Shown here in pieces: positions 57,466-64,000 of a DNA stretch of 64,000 nucleotides (within the stretch, counting starts at the first letter, position 1; each line of letters opens with the position of its first letter). Both the position numbers and the translations under genes were made by a program. The notes under the pieces were generated by a model that was not told the DNA's origin, made no database searches, and worked only from the letters and a program-made list of their open reading frames with translations. Source of the DNA: Rickettsiales bacterium (GTDB lineage: Bacteria; Pseudomonadota; Alphaproteobacteria; Rs-D84); assembly GCA_031283185.1 (NCBI GenBank), contig JAITCH010000011.1:69171-133170 (forward strand), in the 5' to 3' direction.

Positions 57466-58155
57466 TCAGACGGGTAAATGAGAAAAGGTTTCATTCCGAA
57501 ATGCTTCCCTCAGCGCTGCGCGCGCCTCTGCATTATCCAATCCAGCCTCGCTTAAAAATATAATCTGTTTTTCATCCGTTCCGAATGTCGCCGCTTCGTG
57601 CCCCGCTTTAACCTCCGCCGAACTGATTTTTTGATTCGGCGAAATCTTTAATGATTTTAATTTCTCATCCGCCAATACCTTAAAGCCAATCAAACTTTCC
57701 GCGCCCTTAACACCACGCCCCATAATCGCCTCCGCCTCCGCCAAAGTTTCTGACCCCACGCCCGCCTCTATATGCACCCGCACCTTTATCAATGTATTAT
57801 CCGCCTCGTGCCGCACCTTTATTTTTATATCCGCGCTCCCTTTATTTTCCAAAAACAATCCGGCTTGCAATTTTGCCCCCGTCCCCCGCGCTACCACATC
57901 CACTGCCCCCAAATCTGTAACAGCCCCGGACATATACGCACCCGCATCTTCATTCAATACTACGCGCAAATTTTCCGCCGCCGCGCCCTGCATAATAATA
58001 TGCAGGGGCAAATCATCCTTAAACACCTCAATATCCGCGCCTTGCACCACTGCCCTGCCCAAATCCGACAGATCAGCCCGAAACGCCCCGCCCAAAAAAA
58101 CTGCGGTGCGCGCCTTAAATACGGGGACGGCAAATTGTTCCCAAAGATAATTCAT
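57466..58155 (-). CDS. SufB/SufD-family Fe-S assembly protein, short form (C-terminal beta-helix domain only; 229 aa)
   Basis: C-terminal GHEATFGTDEKQIIFLSEAGLDNAEARAALREAF matches the SufB/SufD conserved sHGaa.G.l...lFYL.sRGi block. Confidence 0.5.
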   Translation of the reverse strand: MNYLWEQFAVPVFKARTAVFLGGAFRADLSDLGRAVVQGADIEVFKDDLPLHIIMQGAAAENLRVVLNEDAGAYMSGAVTDLGAVDVVARGTGAKLQAGLFLENKGSADIKIKVRHEADNTLIKVRVHIEAGVGSETLAEAEAIMGRGVKGAESLIGFKVLADEKLKSLKISPNQKISSAEVKAGHEAATFGTDEKQIIFLSEAGLDNAEARAALREAFRNETFSHLPV

Positions 58156-58207
58156 TTGATTTTCGCTCGGTTTCGGTTATGCTTATCGGCATTATAGGAG
58201 TTTTACA

Positions 58208-59269
58208 ATGGGATTCAAGTGCGGCATAGTCGGATTGCCAAATGTCGGCAAATCTACAATCTTTAATGCGCTGACCGCAAGTCGGTCGGCAGCGGCCGCC
58301 AATTACCCATTTTGCACCATTGAACCCAACGAAGGCTCGGCTGTCGTCCCAGATGAAACCCTTCATCGCCTTGCCGCAATCGCCAAATCCGCAAAAATCA
58401 TTCCCGCCCAAGTAGAGTTCGTTGACATAGCAGGACTTGTCCGGGGCGCGAGCACTGGCGAGGGCCTCGGGAACAAGTTCCTCGGCCATATCCAAGCCGT
58501 GGACGCAATCGCCCATGTAGTTCGTTGCTTTGTTGACGATAACATCATTCATGTCGCAGGCGAAGTGAATCCGCTTGGCGATATAGAAACCATAGAACTG
58601 GAATTACAACTTAGCGACTTGGAGTCTATTGAAAAGCAAATCGCGGGGCTTTCCAAACGCGCCAAGGGTCAGGATAAAGACGCCATTAAATCTCTCGCCG
58701 CCGCCGAACAGATTCGGGACGGGCTAAAATCTGGCAAATCCGCCCGCGATATATCGGACGGCAATCCCTTTAATCTTTTAACCGCCAAACCCGTAATGTT
58801 CGTCTGCAATGTGGACGAGATGGATGCCGCAACCGGCAACGCGCTTTCCAAATCTGTCATTGATAAATTCGGCGGGGTAATAATATCTGGCAAAATAGAA
58901 CAGGAAATTTCCGAATTATCAAGTGAAGAAAAGATTGAATTTATGAAGGAACTCGGGCTTGCCGAGTCCGGCCTAGATCGCGTTATAAAGGCAGGATATA
59001 AACTCCTCGGCCTACAAACATTCTATACCATTGGCCCCAAAGAGGCGCACGCTTGGACTATCCGCACGGGGGACACCGCGCCGCAGGCGGCCGGACGAAT
59101 TCATACGGATTTCGAGAAGGGCTTTATTCGCGCCGAAGTGATTAATGCAACCGACTTTATCGCCCTTGGCGGCGAAGTTCCCGCAAAGGAAGCAGGTAAA
59201 ATGAGGGTCGTTGGAAAAGATTATGTAATGTCCGAGGGCGACATCTGCCATTTCCTTTTCAATAACTGA
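58208..59269 (+). CDS. ychF: Ribosome-binding ATPase YchF
   Basis: G1 GIVGLPNVGKSTIFNALT, TGS C-terminal domain, 353 aa. Confidence 0.9.
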   Translation: MGFKCGIVGLPNVGKSTIFNALTASRSAAAANYPFCTIEPNEGSAVVPDETLHRLAAIAKSAKIIPAQVEFVDIAGLVRGASTGEGLGNKFLGHIQAVDAIAHVVRCFVDDNIIHVAGEVNPLGDIETIELELQLSDLESIEKQIAGLSKRAKGQDKDAIKSLAAAEQIRDGLKSGKSARDISDGNPFNLLTAKPVMFVCNVDEMDAATGNALSKSVIDKFGGVIISGKIEQEISELSSEEKIEFMKELGLAESGLDRVIKAGYKLLGLQTFYTIGPKEAHAWTIRTGDTAPQAAGRIHTDFEKGFIRAEVINATDFIALGGEVPAKEAGKMRVVGKDYVMSEGDICHFLFNN

Positions 59270-59270
59270 A

Positions 59271-59440
59271 TGACAAAAAATCCTAGCGACATTTTTCATC
59301 CCGCCGGGCTATAACGACCACTACCTTCGGAAACCGGGGGCACACTCATTGGTAGACACCAACATCGCCCCCGGCTTTCCTCGGTATTGATCGTTCTATC
59401 CTTGGCGTTGCGATGTCGCTGGATTTTTTGCAGGTTAATT
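59271..59440 (+). repeat. Family B element immediately after the ychF stop
   Basis: tgacaaaaaatcctagcgacatttttcatcccgccggg...ttcggaaaccgggggcacactcattggtagacaccaacatcgcccccggctttcc...gttgcgatgtcgctggattttttgcagg. Confidence 0.7.
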
Positions 59441-59534
59441 AATTCCTCTTGCATTTTACAAATTTTCCCCCATAATCCAACCGAACTCCCCATGGGTCTT
59501 TCGCATACCCCAAGGAAAGCAAAAGGAAAATAAA

Positions 59535-59735
59535 ATGCCGAAACTGAAAACAAAGTCGAGCGTTAAAAAACGATTCGCAACTACCGCATCCGGTAAGGTC
59601 AAAGCCGCCGCTTGCAATAAAAACCACTTCAAGTCCAAGAAATCATCTCGCGCCCTCGCAGACATCTGCCACGGCAAAACGCTGAATTCTACAAACGCTA
59701 AGAAGATGAAAAAACTCGCCCCATACGGGCTTTAA
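59535..59735 (+). CDS. rpmI: 50S ribosomal protein L35
   Basis: MPKLKTKSSVKKRF...KKSSRALAD consistent with bL35; followed by rplT. Confidence 0.8.
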   Translation: MPKLKTKSSVKKRFATTASGKVKAAACNKNHFKSKKSSRALADICHGKTLNSTNAKKMKKLAPYGL

Positions 59736-59758
59736 ACCGAGATTGAAGAGGTAATAAA

Positions 59759-60127
59759 ATGGCAAGAGTAAAACGCGGAACATCCGTAAAAAAATCACAT
59801 AAGAAAACATTGGCGATGGCAAAAGGCTATATCGGCCGCCATCACTCAGATATAACAATCGCACGGGAAAAAGTCGAAAAGGCCGGGCAATACGCTTACC
59901 GCGACCGCAAGGTTAAAAAACGCGATTTCCGCAGTCTGTGGATTATCCGTATCAATGCCGCCGTCCGCGAAGCAGGCCTGTCGTATTCATTGTTTATGAA
60001 TGCGCTCAAAGGTTTGGGGATTGGGCTGGACCGCAAGGTCCTCGCCGAAATGGCATACGACAAAGATCCGTCGTTAAAAGAAATAATTGCCCGCGCAAAA
60101 CAATTCGTAGCAGCCAAAAAATCCTAA
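59759..60127 (+). CDS. rplT: 50S ribosomal protein L20
   Basis: [27 protein letters not shown]... bL20 consensus. Confidence 0.9.
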   Translation: MARVKRGTSVKKSHKKTLAMAKGYIGRHHSDITIAREKVEKAGQYAYRDRKVKKRDFRSLWIIRINAAVREAGLSYSLFMNALKGLGIGLDRKVLAEMAYDKDPSLKEIIARAKQFVAAKKS

Positions 60128-60285
60128 CGGCATTTTTCATCCCGCCGGTCTAAATCGTCCACTATCTTCGGAAACCGGGGGCACACTCATTGGCAGACGC
60201 CAACTTCGCCCCCGGCTTTCCTTGATATTGAACAATTTATCCTCGGCGTTGCGATGCCGTTGGATTTTTTGCACGATATTATTGG
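60121..60285 (+). repeat. Family B element after rplT; followed at 60290-60345 by family D hairpin copy 2
   Basis: cctaacggcatttttcatcccgccgg...ttcggaaaccgggggcacactcattggcagacgccaacttcgcccccggctttcc...gttgcgatgccgttggattttttgcacgatattattgg. Confidence 0.7.
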
Positions 60286-60413
60286 TGCAATTAAGTCCCC
60301 TTCGCTGGCGAAGGGGTGGATGCCGAAGGCAGACGGGGTAGTGGTTAATAAAATTTTCCTGCCCCCAGAAATGGGGGCGGGATGTCCGGCAAAGCCGGAC
60401 AAGGTGGGGGACT

Positions 60414-60788
60414 ATGAACTTTCTAAAACGACTATTTTTCGGAAGGAAAACCGATGCGCCTTTAATCATAACCGCTAAAATTATTTCAATCGTTAAACAC
60501 CATAACTCCGACCACCTTAATATCCTATCCGTCTATATCGGCACAAACGAACCACAACAAATCGTCTGCGGCGCGCCTAATGTCCGGGTCGGACTTGTCG
60601 GCGTCCTCGCCCGCCCGGGCGCGAAACTCCCCTGTTTTCCAGAGCCCCTAAGTATTCGTGAAATCCGCGGAATCAAATCTTTCGGTATGATGTGCAGCGA
60701 ACAAGAACTCGGAATCAGCGATAATCACGACGGAATAATTGAACTCCCCTCTAACAGCAAGATAGGTGTAAAATATGAACGATCTTAA
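60414..60788 (+). CDS. Stand-alone tRNA-binding (OB-fold, EMAP/Trbp111-like) domain protein corresponding exactly to the N-terminal tRNA-binding domain of PheT
   Basis: HHNSDHLNILSVYIG...QIVCGAPNVRVGL...KLPCFPEPLSIREIRGIKSFGMMCSEQELGISDNHDGIIEL aligns with E. coli PheT residues ~45-150 (HPNADKL...DIVCGAPNCRQGL...[29 protein letters not shown]). Overlaps the pheS start. Confidence 0.65.
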   Translation: MNFLKRLFFGRKTDAPLIITAKIISIVKHHNSDHLNILSVYIGTNEPQQIVCGAPNVRVGLVGVLARPGAKLPCFPEPLSIREIRGIKSFGMMCSEQELGISDNHDGIIELPSNSKIGVKYERS

Positions 60789-61764
60789 AAAAGAATTATC
60801 AGAAGTCAAAACCCCTCAGGATTTAGACAATATCAAATCCAAATGGCTGGGTAAAAAAAGCGAAATCCGCAATCGTATGGACGCGCTTAAAAATCTGCCC
60901 GATGAAGACCGCAAAACCGAGGGCGTCAAAATCAATAAAGATAAAGAAAAAATCGAACATCTAATCGAAGAAACCAAGGCGGATCTTACCAAAAAACTCA
61001 TCGATGCAAAACTTAACACCGATAATTTCGATATAACCCTTCCCGGCCACGGCGGAAATGTCGGCGCGCTTAACCCAGTCTCCATAATAGAACAAAAATG
61101 TATCGCCGCTATGCGCCGCCTTGGATTCCAAGTCGTAGTCGGCCCAGAAATTGAAACCGCAGAAAATTGCTTTGATTTGCTGGATGTCCCGCCGCACCAC
61201 CCTGCCCGCGACCTGCAAGATACCTTTTGGATTGAAGACCAAAAAATCCTACCGCGCACACACACAACCTCCGTCCAATCCCGCTTTATGTTATCCCTTA
61301 ATGGGGACGAAACCAAACTGCCAATCCGCATCGTTTCCCCGGGCAAGGCTTATCGCAACGAAGCCGTTGATGCCACCCACCTTGCGATATTCCATCAGTT
61401 CGAGGGGCTTTATGTCGGAGTGGATGTCAAAATGCCGGAACTGAAAGGCACATTGGAATTTATATTACGAGAGATTTACGGCGCGGAAATTAAAATCCGA
61501 TTCAAGCCTAAATTTTACCCATATACCGAACCATCAATCGGCGCGGATATTTTCGCCGATGGCAGATGGATAACAATAGTCGGCGCAGGTATGGTCAGCC
61601 CGAAAGTATTACAGAATTTCGGCTTTGACCCATCGCGCGTATCCGGCTTTGCATTCGGATTCGGCACTACGCGTTTGGCGAGTGAATTCTCGGGCGCAAC
61701 ACCCCGCGAATTATATGGAATGGATCTACGCGTTCATAAAAGGATAAAAAATGAAGAACAATAA
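60775..61764 (+). CDS. pheS: Phenylalanine--tRNA ligase alpha subunit
   Basis: Class II motifs (HPARD, FRxE, GxGxGxER-type C-terminus AFGFGTTRLA); 329 aa. Confidence 0.9.
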   Translation: MNDLKKELSEVKTPQDLDNIKSKWLGKKSEIRNRMDALKNLPDEDRKTEGVKINKDKEKIEHLIEETKADLTKKLIDAKLNTDNFDITLPGHGGNVGALNPVSIIEQKCIAAMRRLGFQVVVGPEIETAENCFDLLDVPPHHPARDLQDTFWIEDQKILPRTHTTSVQSRFMLSLNGDETKLPIRIVSPGKAYRNEAVDATHLAIFHQFEGLYVGVDVKMPELKGTLEFILREIYGAEIKIRFKPKFYPYTEPSIGADIFADGRWITIVGAGMVSPKVLQNFGFDPSRVSGFAFGFGTTRLASEFSGATPRELYGMDLRVHKRIKNEEQ

Positions 61765-61772
61765 ATCAAAAT

Positions 61773-61900
61773 CGGTCTATAACGACCACTACCTTCGGAA
61801 ACCGGGGGCACACTCATTGGCGGACGCCAACATCGCCCCCGGCTTTCCTGGGTATTGTTCGTTCTATCCTCGATTTTGCGATTGTTCTAACATTTTTTAA
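61773..61900 (+). repeat. Family B element after pheS, lacking part of the 5' flank
   Basis: cggtctataacgaccactaccttcggaaaccgggggcacactcattggcggacgccaacatcgcccccggctttcctgggtattg... Confidence 0.65.
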
Positions 61901-61920
61901 TTTATTAATAAGGATAAAAA

Positions 61921-63840
61921 ATGAAATTCTCTAAAAAAATTCTTGAAAAATTTATCAAACTCCCGGCCAACTGGGTTGATCTATTTGAGGACTTGGGACT
62001 TGAAATAAAATCCCGGGATGGCGATAACTTTACACTTGAACTACTCGCTAACCGCGGCGACCATTACTGCTATAACGGCATCGCCCGCGAAATCGCCGCG
62101 CGCCTTGGCATTCAGCACAATGCGCCCGATATATTACCCCTAAGCGAGGTTAAAAATACCGGCATTTTCGCAATAAAAACCGAGAAATGCCTCGCTTTCT
62201 CCCTAACAAAATTTGATATATCCCACGCGAAAAAATTTGACGCATCCGAAATGCTTTCGGCAAGTGGCGTCAACACCATTTCGCCCGCCGTGGACATAAC
62301 AAATGTTGTAATGCTTGAACTTGGCCAGCCCACACATATCTATGACGCAGATAAAATCAAGGGTCAAATAGTCATCCGCGAATCCGTTCGCGGCGAAAAA
62401 GCCGAATTGCTTTTCCACGAAGGCGAAACCGCGCTACCCACCGGCACAATGGTAATCGCAGACGAAGAAAAGATTTTATGTATCGCCGGCGTAATCGGAT
62501 GCCGCGCAGCCGAAGTAGATGAAAACACCACCAACATTTTATTCGAAGCCGCGTGTTTTGATCCCGTTTCCGTCCGTAAAACTGCCCGCGCCCTGGGTGT
62601 CTGCACAATTTCCAGCCAAATTTTCGAGCGCGGCGCGGACATCGCCAATGTCCGCATTGCACCACAACGCGCAAATAAACTCTATTACAGCATCGGCGTG
62701 AAGATATCAGGCGACATAAACATCATAACCCGGGAAATGCCCGGAAAACCTATTGAAATGAAGGGTGATTATGTGCGTGCAGCTCTCGGATTAAAAATAA
62801 CTGACGAGAAAATTGCCGAAATACTTGCCAGATATGGATTTTCGCAACACGGCAATACATACTCAGCCCCCTCCTGGCGCGTCTGGGACATCAAGAATTC
62901 ACCCGCGGATCTGGTCGAAGAACTCGCCCGCGGCATCGGATACAACAAAATCCCCTCCGTTTTACCGCCCGTCGTCCTTGGCGCAGCACCAACCGCCGTG
63001 GACGCCCGCAAAACCGCAATAGAAAACTATTTAATCAGCAACGGATTCTATGAAGTCTTGATTGATAATATGTATTCGCCGAAACATGCAGACTTATCCC
63101 CGGATTCCAAGCATATAAAAATCATAAATTCGATTGAGGGCGGCTATGCCTTTATGCGAAACAACGCGATTGTCCAGGCGGCCGAACTGGTTTATGAGAA
63201 TTTATGCGTCAAAAATGCGGCCATACGCGCATTTGAATGGGGCAAGATCTTCCCGACCGCAGGCGAAAAGAATGTTTTATGGGGCATTATGACCGATGCC
63301 GACCCGCTGGAACTAAAAGGAATCTTAAACGGCCTCGCCGCAACCCTAGACATATCAATAGAATTCCCACAAAATAGTGTCGGTGTTGCACCAAAGGTCG
63401 CAGGCTGGTTTGATTCTTCCGTTCAGAAATTATTATCCCCAAAACGGAATTCCAAAATAACGGCAAACGGCTCGCCCATCGGAATTTTTGGCGAACTGCA
63501 TCCGACATTGCTCGCCGCTTGGGACATCAAAGGGGCCCAGCCGGTTTATTTCGAGTTTGGGACAGACGCCCTACTCGCCCTGTCCCCACGCCAAGTTCAA
63601 TATACGCCGCCGTCCAAGACTCAATCGTCAGTGCGCGATTTGACCTTGGCTGTGCCGTATGGCACGACTGCGGCCGACACCACTGCCCGAATCCTTAAAA
63701 CCCCGGAAATAACCGCCGCGAAGATAACGGATGTATTTGATAAGCCGACCGAATCCGTCCGCAATATAACCTTTGCCCTGACCTTTACCGATGGCCTAAG
63801 CACAGATGAAATCAATAAAATTCTGGTAAGCATAAAATAA
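61921..63840 (+). CDS. pheT: Phenylalanine--tRNA ligase beta subunit lacking the N-terminal tRNA-binding domain (639 aa)
   Basis: The N-terminal 40 aa (MKFSKKILEKFIKLPANWVDLFEDLGLEI) match the PheT start, then run directly into the B3/4 domain (NRGDHYCYNGIAREIA, compare NRADCLGIIGVARDVA), skipping the ~105-aa tRNA-binding domain. B5, catalytic-like and FDX-ACB domains follow. Confidence 0.85.
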   Translation: MKFSKKILEKFIKLPANWVDLFEDLGLEIKSRDGDNFTLELLANRGDHYCYNGIAREIAARLGIQHNAPDILPLSEVKNTGIFAIKTEKCLAFSLTKFDISHAKKFDASEMLSASGVNTISPAVDITNVVMLELGQPTHIYDADKIKGQIVIRESVRGEKAELLFHEGETALPTGTMVIADEEKILCIAGVIGCRAAEVDENTTNILFEAACFDPVSVRKTARALGVCTISSQIFERGADIANVRIAPQRANKLYYSIGVKISGDINIITREMPGKPIEMKGDYVRAALGLKITDEKIAEILARYGFSQHGNTYSAPSWRVWDIKNSPADLVEELARGIGYNKIPSVLPPVVLGAAPTAVDARKTAIENYLISNGFYEVLIDNMYSPKHADLSPDSKHIKIINSIEGGYAFMRNNAIVQAAELVYENLCVKNAAIRAFEWGKIFPTAGEKNVLWGIMTDADPLELKGILNGLAATLDISIEFPQNSVGVAPKVAGWFDSSVQKLLSPKRNSKITANGSPIGIFGELHPTLLAAWDIKGAQPVYFEFGTDALLALSPRQVQYTPPSKTQSSVRDLTLAVPYGTTAADTTARILKTPEITAAKITDVFDKPTESVRNITFALTFTDGLSTDEINKILVSIK

Positions 63841-63865
63841 AAACGGCGCAACGCGCCGTTTTTGA
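63841..63865. terminator. Bidirectional rho-independent terminator (aaaaacggcgc-aac-gcgccgttttt)
   Basis: 8-bp GC-rich stem, 3-nt loop, A-run and T-run on either side; sits between pheT and a convergent partial ORF. Confidence 0.6.
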
Positions 63866-63883
63866 TTATTCTGACTCGCTTTA

Positions 63884-64000
63884 TTACGCCGCTTGTCTTG
63901 CGTGCAAATTCAACAAAAATTCCTGCAACTTTGCATCGTGTTCCAACCATTTCGGCGTTCCGGCTACGGATTCTTTTCGCACTTTTACCCTATAAGTCGC
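63884..64000 (-). CDS. C-terminal end of an unidentified minus-strand gene (partial; ...KVRKESVAGTPKWLEHDAKLQEFLLNLHARQAA*)
   Basis: Open frame running from the window end to TAA at 63884-63886, convergent with pheT and sharing its terminator. Confidence 0.2.
   Translation of the reverse strand, partial: ATYRVKVRKESVAGTPKWLEHDAKLQEFLLNLHARQAA

Overview
This window reads as a gene-dense alphaproteobacterial chromosome, roughly 50% GC, with the gene content and decay typical of an obligate intracellular or symbiotic lineage (Rickettsiales or Holosporales-like). That placement is inference. No rRNA genes or CRISPR arrays were found; the only RNA genes are one initiator tRNA and a degenerate tRNA 3' fragment just upstream of it.

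The protein-coding backbone, in order: a hemolysin-III fragment, gltX, trmB, a MucR/Ros regulator, rarA, a PAP2 phosphatase, the yajC-secD-secF operon, a cysteine-rich accessory island, dksA, trxA, a sufS-sufT-sufE partial operon, ftsL-ftsI, addB, engB, rsmI, an LpoA-like lipoprotein, ftsQ followed by an ftsA::rpe fused reading frame, a glycosyltransferase, a lipoprotein and secretin-like module, lolCDE, gyrA, rpmH-rnpA, leuS-lptE-holA, map, radC, argS, a tRNA-fMet, lpxC-lpxK, tsaE, an orphan virB3-virB4 pair, a small unlisted rpmJ type-B gene, mreCD-mrdA-rodA, topA, dnaG, a short SufD-like protein, ychF, rpmI-rplT and a split pheT flanking pheS.

The most interesting features:

- **Palindromic repeat families.** The DNA between genes is saturated with at least three families. 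One is a ~130-bp nested-hairpin element resembling Rickettsia palindromic elements (RPEs); one copy is inserted in-frame inside trmB. Another is a ~160-bp element with 11 copies that start on the stop codon of the upstream gene, and whose core hairpin shows compensatory base changes between copies, meaning the structure is selected rather than the sequence.
- **Cysteine-rich accessory island (8.6-11.6 kb).** A 731-aa cysteine- and tryptophan-rich secreted protein sits between the yajC operon and dksA, bounded by repeat elements, with a (GT)7 slippage tract inside its signal-peptide codons and two small orphan ORFs beside it.
- **ftsA::rpe fusion.** A truncated, degenerate ftsA runs without a stop codon into a complete ribulose-phosphate 3-epimerase frame, and ftsZ is absent from the locus.
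- **Split pheT.** The N-terminal tRNA-binding domain of PheT is encoded as a separate ORF upstream of pheS, and the downstream pheT lacks exactly that domain.
- **Zinc-sparing variants.** Three normally zinc-binding proteins appear in zinc-free form: a cysteine-less L36 paralog (rpmJ type B), a Cys-free DksA and a MucR with a lost zinc finger.
- **Broken operons.** The dcw (ftsL-ftsI vs ftsQ-ftsA) and suf clusters are fragmented, consistent with repeat-mediated rearrangement.
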